The notes under the pieces were generated by a model. It did no database searches. It was not told where the DNA came from and saw only the letters and a list, made by a program, of their open reading frames with translations. Below are positions 9,367-18,757 of a DNA stretch of 64,000 nucleotides, piece after piece; position 1 is the stretch's first letter; every line of letters starts with the position of its first letter. A program made the position numbers and the translations under genes. Source of the DNA: a virus. Lineage: Duplodnaviria > Heunggongvirae > Uroviricota > Caudoviricetes. The stretch spans positions 118,061 to 182,060 of IMG/VR virus record IMGVR_UViG_3300037280_000066. One strand, 5' to 3'.

Positions 9367-10998
9367 TTAATCTCCTTCATCACCATCATCACTTGCATCA
9401 CGACTAGTTTCACCAGAACCTGTTAACTCACTAGTTGGTTTCTTAGGTCTGCCATTAGCCCCTGCTCCTGCATCACCAGTTTGGAATGCAGACTGAATTG
9501 GTACAAGTTTTTCGGGCCATCCTTTTGCGTGTGAAGATGCTAATAATCTTTCCATTTGCCTTGCATTAAGACCTCTTGCAGAAGCTATTAAATCAATAGA
9601 TACAACCCCTATACTTGCTAAGTTTTGGGCATCTTGTTTTCTTTCTTCCTTATCAAAAATAGTACCTTGGAATTTTAGCATCATTTTATATTTAGGAGAA
9701 ACATTTTTAGCTAACAAGAGATTAATAATACCCTCTGCTTGTGCATACATATGAATAACAAAACTTTCATCAACTATTTGATTTGATTTTACACTTGATG
9801 CATTAGGTTTTTCATTTACACTTATTACCTGACTAGAACCAGAATTGTTTAAAAAATTCTTTAAAGCCACTCCTGTTACAGAGTTTTTAGTGTCAGCATT
9901 TTCAAAGTTAAAAGCTTCAACCTTTTCAAATGGTGTTACTTTAAAGTCTACACCAGAAGGTAATGCTCCTTTTAATAAAGCTGCGAATTTGGCAACTGTT
10001 GGTGCTGTTATCGCAAAATCATCTGACTTAGTTCCACTCTTAGTCTCTTTGTTTCTTGGAACTGTTCCTATTAATAATTTATAAGCATCTAAAGCACTCT
10101 TAGTCTTTTGTAAGCTTCTAAACTGTTCAATATTTACTGCATCCAAAAACAATCCTAATAATGGAGGGGTTAACCCTGCCACAATATTATTGAATTTAAA
10201 TGTAAATGCCTTATTAGGGTCTAACTGTCTCCAATAAAACCATTGACCTTCTTTTATTTCTACAATTACATCAGAAGTTTTTGTTCCACCCTTAGTTCTA
10301 TCATAGTTCATCATGTCCATATAATAATCTGTAAACTCTGGTGGATACTGGTCTAGACGAGTCCCTGGTCTAAAGAAATAAGTCATATTGAAAGATATCT
10401 CATAAGATATTTCATTCTTACCTGTAATTAGACAATAATCACTAGGTAGTTCTTGAAAAGTAGTACCATATTCACTATCTCTTAAATAATGAAATTTAGT
10501 ATCTTCCAATATAGAACCTTGCATCATTTCAGTAAACATTTTCTTAATATTCATTCCTTCAAGGAAATCATATACCTTGTTTTCAGCTTTCTTATATGCA
10601 GAACTTTTTAAATCTTTTTCTTCTACTTGAGGAATCAATACATAATCCCATGTAAGTATCTTTGCATAATAATCAATCATTCTCTTTATAGGAGCAATTG
10701 TATTTGCTAAATATTGAGATAACTGTCTAAGTGCTTTTTCATTATGTTTTGGGTCACGCAACAGTTTTTCAACTGTTTCATAATCCCTATATGCAGGATT
10801 CATATTGATATCTTTTAATATTTCACTTTGCAGAATTGGATGATACATTAAAGGATTATTTATCATGTTCAGCATTTCTCTCGCAAAAGTGTTAACATAG
10901 TCCATATCTTTTGAACTTAACGCAGATGTAGCTATTGTCTCATTTAGTAAAGCTTCTTGCTTATTTTTAGTACTTGTTCTCCTTGGCAAAAATATCAC
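9367..10998 (-). CDS. portal protein (putative)
   Basis: 543 aa ORF immediately downstream of large terminase; acidic Gly-rich C-terminus; start uncertain (GTG at 10998 or an internal ATG). Confidence 0.6.
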   Translation of the reverse strand: MIFLPRRTSTKNKQEALLNETIATSALSSKDMDYVNTFAREMLNMINNPLMYHPILQSEILKDINMNPAYRDYETVEKLLRDPKHNEKALRQLSQYLANTIAPIKRMIDYYAKILTWDYVLIPQVEEKDLKSSAYKKAENKVYDFLEGMNIKKMFTEMMQGSILEDTKFHYLRDSEYGTTFQELPSDYCLITGKNEISYEISFNMTYFFRPGTRLDQYPPEFTDYYMDMMNYDRTKGGTKTSDVIVEIKEGQWFYWRQLDPNKAFTFKFNNIVAGLTPPLLGLFLDAVNIEQFRSLQKTKSALDAYKLLIGTVPRNKETKSGTKSDDFAITAPTVAKFAALLKGALPSGVDFKVTPFEKVEAFNFENADTKNSVTGVALKNFLNNSGSSQVISVNEKPNASSVKSNQIVDESFVIHMYAQAEGIINLLLAKNVSPKYKMMLKFQGTIFDKEERKQDAQNLASIGVVSIDLIASARGLNARQMERLLASSHAKGWPEKLVPIQSAFQTGDAGAGANGRPKKPTSELTGSGETSRDASDDGDEGD

Positions 10999-11019
10999 CC
11001 ACTTCCTGTATTATTCATA

Positions 11020-12753
11020 TTATACGATTAGATAGCCAAATATGCTATCATCATCCTCTTCTTGATATGCTACATCTTCAAACATCTTAATATACCATAT
11101 GGCATATGATGTAGCTGAATATCTATCTTTGTTATACTTTTTAATAACTTTTTCAACTGTGTATTTACCACTTGGCAATTGCTTTAATTTTAAATTAGCA
11201 ACTTCCTCAATGAAAAAGTCTGTGTTTACAAATGGAAGTCTTTGCAGACTAACATCTTTATCTGTTATATCATAATCAGTAAAATGTCTCTTTTCCAATA
11301 CATGTAATTGATTACTTTCTACAGCATCAATAAATTTAACTATAATATCACTATTAGCAGACTGAGGTTTTAAATCATATACACATGTCTCGAATTCTTC
11401 CATCTCTGGTTCTTGTTCTGTGTTAAATGTTCCCCAACATCCTAAACTGTCACCAGTTATAGGGTCTATTGTGTCTTCTAATAATTTGTCTAATAATCCT
11501 TTACCAATACCATTTGAGTCAATTATTACTGCCTTTGCATTGTATAAATGCTTAGTTCTTTTTACCTCTACTGCTTGAGCAGAGAAGTTTAAAGCATTAG
11601 ATACATTTATTATGTTAACCAAGGACATGGTAGAAATTCTTCCACCTTTAACCCTCTTTATTTTAACCACTGCAATACTCGTTTGATTGTTACTTGTATC
11701 CTCAGAACGAGCAACGTCAACGCCCAATACGTATTCAGACTTACCATCACCTTTCAATTCTGATTTCACTAAGATTCTAGTATTCATTAATCTATTAATG
11801 TCTACCAATTGATTATCTACACTTCCAACCCATTTACTACCATAGTTCATAGCAAAGAATACTGGTGATAGTTTAGCTTTTTTATCTAATATTTGAGACT
11901 TGGTTTCACCTCTGCCATAAGCACAAGCTAATTGCCAATCTGCCCCAATTACTATTTTGCCTTTTAACTCTGCCATTTCATCTATCATTTTGATGTTTCT
12001 AGCAAATTCATCACTACCTTTGAAACCAGAAGTAGTAAAGAAATTCACCTGACCATTAAGTTCTTCTGGATTAACAACTGCTTGTTTACCAATTGTTCTT
12101 CTAGGAACATTAACTATAGGTTCTAATACATCTTGGAATAAATCATTATTCAACAATGCACTTTCTTCTATATTTATTCTCTTACGTCTAGCACCTTTAC
12201 TAGATTGATGATTTGCCATAATATCACATCTGCTTCCAGATACAAATATTACTTCTGCTGTGTCTTTTGAGAAGCTATATTTTGTAATTTCATTTGCAAT
12301 TAAAGGATAAAATTTAACAATTTCTCTATGTTTTTCTTCCATAAGTTTGGAAGCATTCTCTCTTGTTTGTGCTGTCATTGTTAATTCAATATCAGGAAAG
12401 AATATTGCAACTAAATACATTGCTAATATCTCAACAAATGTTTTACCATATCCTCTAGGAAATACTCCATATACAGATACAAATCTTACTGCACATCTTA
12501 AGAATACTCTTTGGTCTAAGTCAAGTCTAATTCCACCTGTTTCAGGAGTTATTAGGTCTAGAAATAAGTCAGGATAAAACCTTGCCCAACTAATAAAATC
12601 TATCCATTTAGGTAGATTCTTAGTGAAACTATCCATTTCATTATTACCTCTGACTTGTACTGACTGATTAAACTCTGGATTATAAATATCTGTTTGAGAT
12701 TCTTTTGTTGTATACTTCTTACCATCTGTCTGAAAATTTTGTCTGGATGCCAT
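11020..12753 (-). CDS. terL: terminase large subunit
   Basis: 577 aa; Walker A PRGYGKTF; nuclease-domain-like VDVARSED...IAVV; AGGAAGGGTGA RBS. Confidence 0.85.
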   Translation of the reverse strand: MASRQNFQTDGKKYTTKESQTDIYNPEFNQSVQVRGNNEMDSFTKNLPKWIDFISWARFYPDLFLDLITPETGGIRLDLDQRVFLRCAVRFVSVYGVFPRGYGKTFVEILAMYLVAIFFPDIELTMTAQTRENASKLMEEKHREIVKFYPLIANEITKYSFSKDTAEVIFVSGSRCDIMANHQSSKGARRKRINIEESALLNNDLFQDVLEPIVNVPRRTIGKQAVVNPEELNGQVNFFTTSGFKGSDEFARNIKMIDEMAELKGKIVIGADWQLACAYGRGETKSQILDKKAKLSPVFFAMNYGSKWVGSVDNQLVDINRLMNTRILVKSELKGDGKSEYVLGVDVARSEDTSNNQTSIAVVKIKRVKGGRISTMSLVNIINVSNALNFSAQAVEVKRTKHLYNAKAVIIDSNGIGKGLLDKLLEDTIDPITGDSLGCWGTFNTEQEPEMEEFETCVYDLKPQSANSDIIVKFIDAVESNQLHVLEKRHFTDYDITDKDVSLQRLPFVNTDFFIEEVANLKLKQLPSGKYTVEKVIKKYNKDRYSATSYAIWYIKMFEDVAYQEEDDDSIFGYLIV

Positions 12754-12759
12754 AATTTA

Positions 12760-13704
12760 TCACCCTTCCTCTTCTTCTGACTCTGATTCATCATCATGTT
12801 TTAATAAATTAGCCATTCTGTTTTCATAATCTTTCTTTCTTTGTTCATAAAACATATAAATATCCTCATATTCACAAGGAGGTAAATCTTTCATATCTCT
12901 AATGTAATTAATGAAACACCAAAGTGTAAAGTCTGGTTCATCTTGTGGTTGTTTCTTAAATTTTGGTAATATAGGAATAACATCTACTGCTTGCTCTACT
13001 ACCCTTGATAACTGTCCAAATGTTGTTAAACCATCTTGTAAGTCTGCCTTTGCTAACTGATTAGGATTTATCCTAGCTGCGGTTGCCGCATCCTTGGCTA
13101 AAGCTCCCCAAGACTTAGCATCTGCTACATTATTACCTGCTGTTGATAATTCTTCTTTTACGCTATACCTTATATACTTTAACAGGGCTTCTGTATGCAT
13201 AGAAGTCTTTTCTGGATAGTTGTTCTTAAGTAACTCATACTTTCTTTCAAAAGATTCATACTCTTCAAGCTTATATCCTGCTCCCCACTTACAAACAATT
13301 GCTTCTGTTATTTCAAAGTTTTTAGATGCAGAAAAAAATGTATCATAGTTTAACTTAGATACATTGTGTGATTCCAATTGTGAGTTTTCCCATGTTAGTA
13401 ATCTGTTGTGTTGTAATGAAAGATTTTTCATATAGTTCCCAAAAACATCCCCTCCACCATCAAGTGAAGTTTTCCATAAATCATATAAGAAAGGTCTGTT
13501 TATTAATTGCATTGTTTGCTTTAACTTATCCATTGAAACACTACCATTGTCATTACATATCATTAGCTTTAAACAATTTTTGCAATATGGAATTTTTCCA
13601 GATGAATGAAATTTATTATAGCTTATGTAAAAATCTTTATCTTTCCTCTTCATTTTTCCACATTGACCTGCACATTGCAATGTGTTATTTAGTTTTTCTA
13701 CCAA
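12760..13704 (-). CDS. terminase small subunit (putative)
   Basis: 314 aa directly upstream of terL; TTG start after AAAGGGGAGGA; N-terminal CxxC...CxxC zinc-ribbon-like cluster; acidic C-terminus. Confidence 0.5.
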   Translation of the reverse strand: MVEKLNNTLQCAGQCGKMKRKDKDFYISYNKFHSSGKIPYCKNCLKLMICNDNGSVSMDKLKQTMQLINRPFLYDLWKTSLDGGGDVFGNYMKNLSLQHNRLLTWENSQLESHNVSKLNYDTFFSASKNFEITEAIVCKWGAGYKLEEYESFERKYELLKNNYPEKTSMHTEALLKYIRYSVKEELSTAGNNVADAKSWGALAKDAATAARINPNQLAKADLQDGLTTFGQLSRVVEQAVDVIPILPKFKKQPQDEPDFTLWCFINYIRDMKDLPPCEYEDIYMFYEQRKKDYENRMANLLKHDDESESEEEEG

Positions 13705-13727
13705 TTAAATCCTCCCCTTTTATTCAC

Positions 13728-14039
13728 TTACTTTTTGAGTTTCAATAAACTTCTCAGCTTACCATCCAACAACATAATATGTGATGTTTCTAATTGAGAA
13801 TTTAAGTAGTCAAGTAATTCTTCACTTGCTTCCATCCATTCTCCATTTATTCGCTTGTAATGAGTATGTATATGATGTTCTAATGCTCTGTCACCTTCAA
13901 AATATCCAAGTAAATACAAAATAGCTGAATTACCAGTGTTTAACTGTTTCAGTCTTTTCTTTGGGTGTTTTGATATCCCAATCTTTATATTCTTGCCATC
14001 TGTTAATGCGTATACATATTCCACTTTAATCATCCTCAT
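13728..14039 (-). CDS. T5orf172/GIY-YIG-like domain protein
   Basis: 103 aa; VYALTDGKNIKIGISKHPKKRLKQLNTG matches the T5orf172-type GIY-YIG-like signature. Confidence 0.6.
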   Translation of the reverse strand: MRMIKVEYVYALTDGKNIKIGISKHPKKRLKQLNTGNSAILYLLGYFEGDRALEHHIHTHYKRINGEWMEASEELLDYLNSQLETSHIMLLDGKLRSLLKLKK

Positions 14040-14097
14040 TTTTTATTTTTAATACACAAGAATGTTCACTACTATTTCAAGTGAACATTGTTTTATA

Positions 14098-14505
14098 CTA
14101 AAATCCTATTTTTTTAATCTTATTTTTTATATATGTTTTCTTTTTACCCATAACCTTATTTTTAAAGAAGAAATACAAATTTCTTTTATCTACTTTTTTT
14201 GATTTATCCTCTTCTTCATCAGGCTCTAGTTCATCTGGTTCTTCATCTTCAAATTCATCTTCGTAAATTTCTTCTTCATTTGGTTCGAAATGAAATCCTA
14301 TTTTGGGACTATTATCTGGCATTCCTGCTTCTACTTCTTTTTTAAACTTAAATTGTTCTCTTTGTGTGTTAATTACTATTTTACTGGCAAATCCACCAAT
14401 CCAATAGCTTACAAGTTCTAATGTTACATCCAAAATTGGCATTAAGTACCTTACAATTACTCCACCTACAATAACTAACAATAAATATACAAATTCCATA
14501 GACAT
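14098..14505 (-). CDS. membrane protein with acidic tail
   Basis: 135 aa; hydrophobic N-terminus then DEEPDELEPDEEED run; AGGGGGT RBS. Confidence 0.5.
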   Translation of the reverse strand: MSMEFVYLLLVIVGGVIVRYLMPILDVTLELVSYWIGGFASKIVINTQREQFKFKKEVEAGMPDNSPKIGFHFEPNEEEIYEDEFEDEEPDELEPDEEEDKSKKVDKRNLYFFFKNKVMGKKKTYIKNKIKKIGF

Positions 14506-14526
14506 TACCCCCTAATGGTGTTTCTA

Positions 14527-15687
14527 TTAATTTAGCACAATATTGAAGCTACAAACCTTCCCATGTTTATCATAAATACATAATGTCTGGCAAGCATTCC
14601 CAATACGTCTAATATCTCTAGCATAATCATCTGTTCCAATTAAACTCCCTGACATTATTACATTTACTCCTTGAATTGTGTCTTCTGCATAATGATGTAA
14701 ATGACCTAAGAAACAAGATGTTGGTATCTCTCCAACCATCATAGTAAGATTCTGAACAACATTGGCAATTTTGTCTTTATCTCCATGGCTACCAAATATA
14801 GTATGTCCTTTAACCTTTGCTACAATAATATCTTTATCAATCTTGTTATCATGAATAGTCACATTAGTAACACCTTTTAATCTTGCTTTTAAATACCAAC
14901 TAATTAAATGTTCAAAATTTTCTCCTGTTATGGAATCTTCTTTTGATGCTGTAACTCTTCCATGATTACCTGTTGCTGAATAATAATCCACCACATCAAA
15001 CTCTTGTGACAATGCATGTAATGCTAATCCTATGTATTCTGCCACATCTTGTGTTTGTTTGATTATGTCTTCTGCGTTTGCAACTCTTAATGATACATGT
15101 ATGTTTCCAGAAACCACATCCCCCAAATTCATGACAACTATTCTTCTTACACCAAATTGTCTGCCAATTTCAATAACTTTTCCTATATATTTTGTTAATC
15201 TCTCAACAAATATATTGCTATCAAATTCATTCCAGTGATTACGCACAAATAAACCATAGTGGAAGTCACTAAAGCAAACTACCATCTCATGGTCTGAATC
15301 ATTCATAAATATTCTGTTTGTTCTATGTATTTTCAATTCAGCCAAGTTGCTTTCTTTAATTGCTTTTGTTATTTCCTCAATTATATTTTCATACCTTGCT
15401 GTCTCTCTTATCTTTTTGTTAAAAGCTGTTCTCTGGTCTTGTAATCTAACCTTTTCCTTCTTCAATTCAATTTTCTGCAAATCAAGTTCTTCAAGTTGTT
15501 CCTCTATATCAGCAGATATATTGTCATTTCGTGAAGGTAAAAGTCCAAGATTTTTTCGATATGCTTTATATGCACATCTTAAAGATTCTCCCTTACTATA
15601 ACCATTCTTTTGTGCTATGTAATCCCACGTTAAAGATATTTCTTTTTTAACCTTTTGTTCACATAACTCTAACAGTTTATTGTCCAC
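14527..15687 (-). CDS. calcineurin-like metallophosphoesterase
   Basis: Motifs CFSDFHYG, VMNLGDVV, GNHG, GHLHH; start set to GTG at 15685-15687 behind AAGGGGGA (the track ATG at 15720 has no RBS). Confidence 0.7.
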   Translation of the reverse strand: MDNKLLELCEQKVKKEISLTWDYIAQKNGYSKGESLRCAYKAYRKNLGLLPSRNDNISADIEEQLEELDLQKIELKKEKVRLQDQRTAFNKKIRETARYENIIEEITKAIKESNLAELKIHRTNRIFMNDSDHEMVVCFSDFHYGLFVRNHWNEFDSNIFVERLTKYIGKVIEIGRQFGVRRIVVMNLGDVVSGNIHVSLRVANAEDIIKQTQDVAEYIGLALHALSQEFDVVDYYSATGNHGRVTASKEDSITGENFEHLISWYLKARLKGVTNVTIHDNKIDKDIIVAKVKGHTIFGSHGDKDKIANVVQNLTMMVGEIPTSCFLGHLHHYAEDTIQGVNVIMSGSLIGTDDYARDIRRIGNACQTLCIYDKHGKVCSFNIVLN

Positions 15688-15729
15688 GCAAATCCCCCTT
15701 TTCCTCGTACTGCCTTGCATTTGTTACAA

Positions 15730-15801
15730 CATGCCATGAAGGAATCGAACCTTCTCTAATAGTTTTGGAGACTATTTTGCTAACCATTACAATAATGACA
15801 T
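15730..15801 (-). tRNA. tRNA-Trp (anticodon CCA)
   Basis: Cloverleaf folded by hand: T-arm GAAGG/AATCGAA/CCTTC (plus-strand view), anticodon loop CTCCAAA, D-loop with GG, U8 present, acceptor with one G-U. Confidence 0.7.
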
Positions 15802-15920
15802 ATATTTGTCTGGATATAGGGGAATCCAACCCCTATGTAAATTCAATACACTCTAGAATGCATTTGCCTTAAGACACAGAATTCAGTGACCAGAGTATAA
15901 TACTCTTCGCAGTATCCTTA

Positions 15921-15993
15921 TTGCGTAGGTGGGAATCGAACCCACTATTTTTAGGTTATGAGCCTAACGAGATAGCCATTTCTCTACATCGCA
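15921..15993 (-). tRNA. tRNA-Met/fMet/Ile2 (anticodon CAT), acceptor stem with 2 mismatches
   Basis: T-arm GTGGG/AATCGAA/CCCAC, anticodon arm TTAGG-TTATGAG-CCTAA, D-arm GAGA..TCTC; positions 5:68 and 6:67 unpaired. Confidence 0.55.
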
Positions 15994-15995
15994 AA

Positions 15996-16068
15996 TAGCA
16001 CTAGCAGGACTCGAACCTGCAACTTACACCTTATGAGGATGCCACTCTACCACTTGAGTTATAATGCT
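15996..16068 (-). tRNA. tRNA-Met/fMet/Ile2 (anticodon CAT)
   Basis: T-arm GCAGG/ACTCGAA/CCTGC, anticodon loop CTCATAA, D-arm ACTC..GAGT, full acceptor pairing with one G-U. Confidence 0.7.
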
Positions 16069-16090
16069 AAACGTATTACTAAGTTATTAA

Positions 16091-16162
16091 TAGTTGATAT
16101 TGGGATTGAACCAATGACCTACTGCGTGTAAAGCAGTTGCTCTCCCACTGAGCTAATCAACC
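16091..16162 (-). tRNA. tRNA-Val (anticodon TAC)
   Basis: T-arm ATTGG/GATTGAA/CCAAT, anticodon arm ACTGC-GTGTAAA-GCAGT, D-arm GCTC..GAGC. Confidence 0.75.
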
Positions 16163-16166
16163 AAAG

Positions 16167-16238
16167 GGTGAATAATGAAAATCGAATTCATGCTAAAGGG
16201 GTCACAGTCCTGTGTGCTACCACTACACCATACTCACC
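16167..16238 (-). tRNA. tRNA-His-like (anticodon GTG, encoded G-1), weak anticodon stem
   Basis: T-arm ATGAA/AATCGAA/TTCAT; acceptor GTGAGTA/TATTCAC with an extra 5' G opposite discriminator C (His hallmark); loop CTGTGAC; anticodon stem only 3 bp; possibly degenerate. Confidence 0.4.
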
Positions 16239-16259
16239 ATATATTATTTTGTTGCTAAG

Positions 16260-16333
16260 TACTCATAGGAAGATTCGAACTTCCCACCTACTGCGTATCA
16301 GACAGTTGCTCTAACCAAATGAGCTATATGAGC
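16260..16333 (-). tRNA. tRNA-Ile (anticodon GAT)
   Basis: T-arm GGAAG/ATTCGAA/CTTCC, anticodon loop CTGATAC, D-arm GCTC..GAGC. Confidence 0.75.
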
Positions 16334-16453
16334 ATATGAATTTGTGGCAGTAGGGCTTAACAGTCTCATTGGATAAACTATTCCTACTAGTATTGTGTGA
16401 ATATCCTCACCTATAATTACCTCTCTATTAAGCAGAGCTTGTACACCACAAAA

Positions 16454-16525
16454 TCTGAATGGCAGGACTCGAACCTGCAACAACGTGAACCCAAATCACG
16501 CAATCTACCATTGAAATACATCCAG
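16454..16525 (-). tRNA. tRNA-Pro (anticodon TGG)
   Basis: T-arm GCAGG/ACTCGAA/CCTGC, anticodon arm CGTGA-ACCCAAA-TCACG (G37), weak 2-bp D-stem. Confidence 0.6.
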
Positions 16526-16535
16526 TTATTACTAA

Positions 16536-16608
16536 TCTAAAGGGTGGGATTTGAACCCACAACCTCTTGCATCCAAAGCAAGCCATCCCCCAATTGAATT
16601 ACCTCTAG
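16536..16608 (-). tRNA. tRNA with anticodon TGG (second Pro-type copy, A37)
   Basis: T-arm GTGGG/ATTTGAA/CCCAC, anticodon arm CTTGC-ATCCAAA-GCAAG, weak D-stem. Confidence 0.55.
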
Positions 16609-16619
16609 TTTTATTGCTA

Positions 16620-16692
16620 TACTCCTACTAGGAATCGAACCTAGATTAACGAATTAGAAGTCCGTTGTACTGTTCCGTTGTACGATAAGAGC
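16620..16692 (-). tRNA. tRNA-Arg (anticodon TCT)
   Basis: T-arm CTAGG/AATCGAA/CCTAG, anticodon loop CTTCTAA, D-stem GTAC/GTAC. Confidence 0.7.
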
Positions 16693-16714
16693 AAATTTTG
16701 TCTTATATCTTCAA

Positions 16715-16786
16715 TGGACTTAGCAAGAATCGAACTTGCATCTTTGCATTCGTAGTGCGAAATTCTGTCCATTGAAATATAAGTCC
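16715..16786 (-). tRNA. tRNA-Arg (anticodon ACG)
   Basis: T-arm GCAAG/AATCGAA/CTTGC, perfect acceptor GGACTTA/TAAGTCC, loop CTACGAA, one C:A mismatch in anticodon stem. Confidence 0.6.
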
Positions 16787-16867
16787 TAGTGAAGAATTTT
16801 TTTGTACTGATACATCTTCATCATCAGCAGAGAACTTAATCTCAAGACAGAGAATTTAATCTCTAAA

Positions 16868-16940
16868 CTGGCAAGGCAGGACTCGAACCTGCAACCTTCT
16901 AGTTAACAGCTAGTTGCTCTACCTGTTGAGCTACAAACCA
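16868..16940 (-). tRNA. tRNA-Asn (anticodon GTT), acceptor stem with 2 U:U mismatches
   Basis: T-arm GCAGG/ACTCGAA/CCTGC, anticodon arm TCTAG-TTAACAG-CTAGT, D-arm GCTC..GAGC. Confidence 0.55.
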
Positions 16941-16957
16941 ATATATTTATTACCAAG

Positions 16958-17031
16958 TGAACCTAGACAGACTTGAACTGTCAACCTACGAGTTAAAAGC
17001 TCGTTGCTCTAGCCAGTTGAGCTATAAGTTC
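16958..17031 (-). tRNA. tRNA-Lys (anticodon TTT)
   Basis: T-arm GACAG/ACTTGAA/CTGTC, anticodon arm ACGAG-TTAAAAG-CTCGT, D-arm GCTC..GAGC. Confidence 0.75.
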
Positions 17032-17115
17032 ATATTTTAAATTAGGCTGAACTCCATGGTTTTTAATTTAACAGTTTACCATCTTTTTGACCACTGACCT
17101 AATTCTTTTACTACA

Positions 17116-17188
17116 TCCTCCATATTGGAATCGAACCAATGACCACTCGCATATAAGGCGAGAACTCTAACCACTGAGTTAATGGAGA
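17116..17188 (-). tRNA. tRNA-Ile (anticodon TAT, AUA-reading)
   Basis: T-arm ATTGG/AATCGAA/CCAAT, anticodon arm CTCGC-ATATAAG-GCGAG, D-arm ACTC..GAGT. Confidence 0.65.
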
Positions 17189-17195
17189 CTAGGAA

Positions 17196-17279
17196 CGGTA
17201 GATATGTGACTCGAACACATGAGGCTTTTACACCCACTTGTTTAGCAAACAAGCTCCTTACCAACTAGAATAATCTACC
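17196..17279 (-). tRNA. tRNA-Ser (anticodon GCT), long variable arm
   Basis: T-arm ATGTG/ACTCGAA/CACAT, perfect acceptor GGTAGAT/ATCTACC, anticodon arm CTTGT-TTGCTAA-ACAAG, 3-bp D-stem, 84 nt. Confidence 0.7.
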
Positions 17280-17283
17280 ATGA

Positions 17284-17371
17284 CGGAAGATATAGGATTC
17301 GAACCCATGATACCCTTTCAGATATGCTAGTTTTCAAGACTAGTGCAATAATCCATCTCTGCCAATCTTCC
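17284..17371 (-). tRNA. tRNA-Ser (anticodon TGA), long variable arm
   Basis: T-arm with G-U, perfect acceptor GGAAGAT/ATCTTCC, anticodon arm CTAGT-CTTGAAA-ACTAG, variable-arm stem ATATC/GGTAT, 88 nt. Confidence 0.7.
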
Positions 17372-17507
17372 ATTTTTATTACTGTTTTGTTCTTTGGTGT
17401 GCTATAATGCCAAAGTCATTATGATACGTCTATTGTTCACTGTACATTATGATTTTACGTTTACCAAACTTCACTCCTTAGATGATGGACACCTTCAATC
17501 CTACATT

Positions 17508-17555
17508 CCAAAAAACAAAAACTAAGTAGACCTACATTGAAGTAAGTCTACTTAA
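17508..17555 (-). terminator. Rho-independent terminator after HU gene (hairpin also followed by a T-run on the plus strand)
   Basis: 9-bp stem TAAGTAGAC/GTCTACTTA at 17524-17555; minus transcript continues into a U-run (plus-strand A-run 17509-17523). Confidence 0.6.
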
Positions 17556-17579
17556 TCTTTTTTATGTACTGGTTTGCGA

Positions 17580-17861
17580 TTAAGCGTTTACTTCTTCTTT
17601 TACACTCTTTGAGAATGTGAATACTGGTTTAACTCCTGCTGGTACTGCTACTGGCTCGCCAGTTCTTGGATTTCTAGCTGTTCTAGCATTTGTTGCTCTT
17701 ACTTTGAATGTTCCAAAGCCTGAAAGTGTTACCTTTTCTCCATTAGCAAGTGCTGTTTGGATGCTTGAGATTACTGCTTCTAATGCAATTTTGGAATCTT
17801 TCTTTGTAAATCCTGTAAGGCTTGCGATTGATGCTACTAAATTTTCTTTGTTTGTTTTCAT
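17580..17861 (-). CDS. HU/IHF-family histone-like DNA-binding protein
   Basis: 93 aa; GFGTFKVRATNARTARNPRTGEPV arm motif; GGGAGA RBS. Confidence 0.85.
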   Translation of the reverse strand: MKTNKENLVASIASLTGFTKKDSKIALEAVISSIQTALANGEKVTLSGFGTFKVRATNARTARNPRTGEPVAVPAGVKPVFTFSKSVKEEVNA

Positions 17862-18082
17862 TTTTAATTTCTCCCTTTTATTCGTTTATTTTTTATTTAT
17901 AAAGTGTTCAACCACCTTATATACTTATCTTACCACACTCTTTTTGATTTGTCAAGCTTTTTCAATACTTTTTTATTTTGTATTTTTATTTCGTTTGTTT
18001 CCTTCAAATTATAGCTACCACGCTTAATGGTAGCCATGTTTAGAAAGGAGGTTTATATGAAACAAAAATTTTATTGACTCTT

Positions 18083-18262
18083 TTATTCTGATACTTCATT
18101 CTTTAAACTGATAGTAATTTTTACATTCTCACCATCAAATTTCTCTAACAATTCTTTCAAAGGTTTTACTCCAATTTCATCAAATTCCATTGTCATACCA
18201 TCAACATTCAGAATCCCTGATAAAACTTTGCTGTGGCTCTCTGTTATAGGTGCTTTAGCCAT
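18083..18262 (-). CDS. small hypothetical protein (59 aa)
   Basis: Not in ORF track; ATG 18260-18262 behind AAAGGAGG; MAKAPITESHSKVL... Confidence 0.35.
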   Translation of the reverse strand: MAKAPITESHSKVLSGILNVDGMTMEFDEIGVKPLKELLEKFDGENVKITISLKNEVSE

Positions 18263-18277
18263 TATGTATTCCTCCTT

Positions 18278-18447
18278 TTATTCTTTAATTACCTTTACCT
18301 TGCTTTTACTGAACGCATTCATCAAAGCAACATATTGTTCTGGTTTACTTGCCCATAGGTAATCTCCTATAGTGTTTTTCCATTCATCCTGCTTAACTTC
18401 TTCCACTTTAGGTGCTACTTTCTTGTTGTTACTTACAAGCTGTGCCA
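18278..18447 (-). CDS. small hypothetical protein (56 aa)
   Basis: Track ORF trimmed to ATG 18447 (MAQLVSNNKK) behind AAAGGAG; the longer track version would overlap tRNA-Gln. Confidence 0.45.
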
Positions 18448-18489
18448 TAATCAATAATCTCCTTTTATCCATTTTATTTTTATTGCAAA

Positions 18490-18563
18490 CTACCAAGGTA
18501 GGATTCGAACCCACAAGCATCTAGAGTCAAAGTCTAGCGTTCCACCATTTGAACTACTTGGTA
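18490..18563 (-). tRNA. tRNA-Gln (anticodon TTG)
   Basis: T-arm GTAGG/ATTCGAA/CCCAC (G-U), perfect acceptor, anticodon arm CTAGA-GTCAAAG-TCTAG, D-arm GTTC..GAAC. Confidence 0.7.
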
Positions 18564-18757
18564 TTATACTCTTAGGAAGTGCCTAATTAAGCCGAGGTAA
18601 GCAAAGGCACTATTTTACATTCAACGGAGAATCACTCTTTAACCTATCTTGGAAACTTGTATGACGAGTTCTTTTTGTTTGTGAATCCTCTTGTCATACT
18701 CTAAAACCAACCTGAGATTTTAATTTTAACGCTGAATAACCTAAAAAACTTTCTGAG

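Noticed and set aside
12600-12797. 65-aa ORF across the terS/terL junction
   Set aside because: It is fully overlapped by two well-supported genes in other frames and has no RBS.
15802-15920. Full tRNA call for the T-arm-like hairpin region
   Set aside because: No acceptor or anticodon arms can be completed. It is kept only as a remnant observation.
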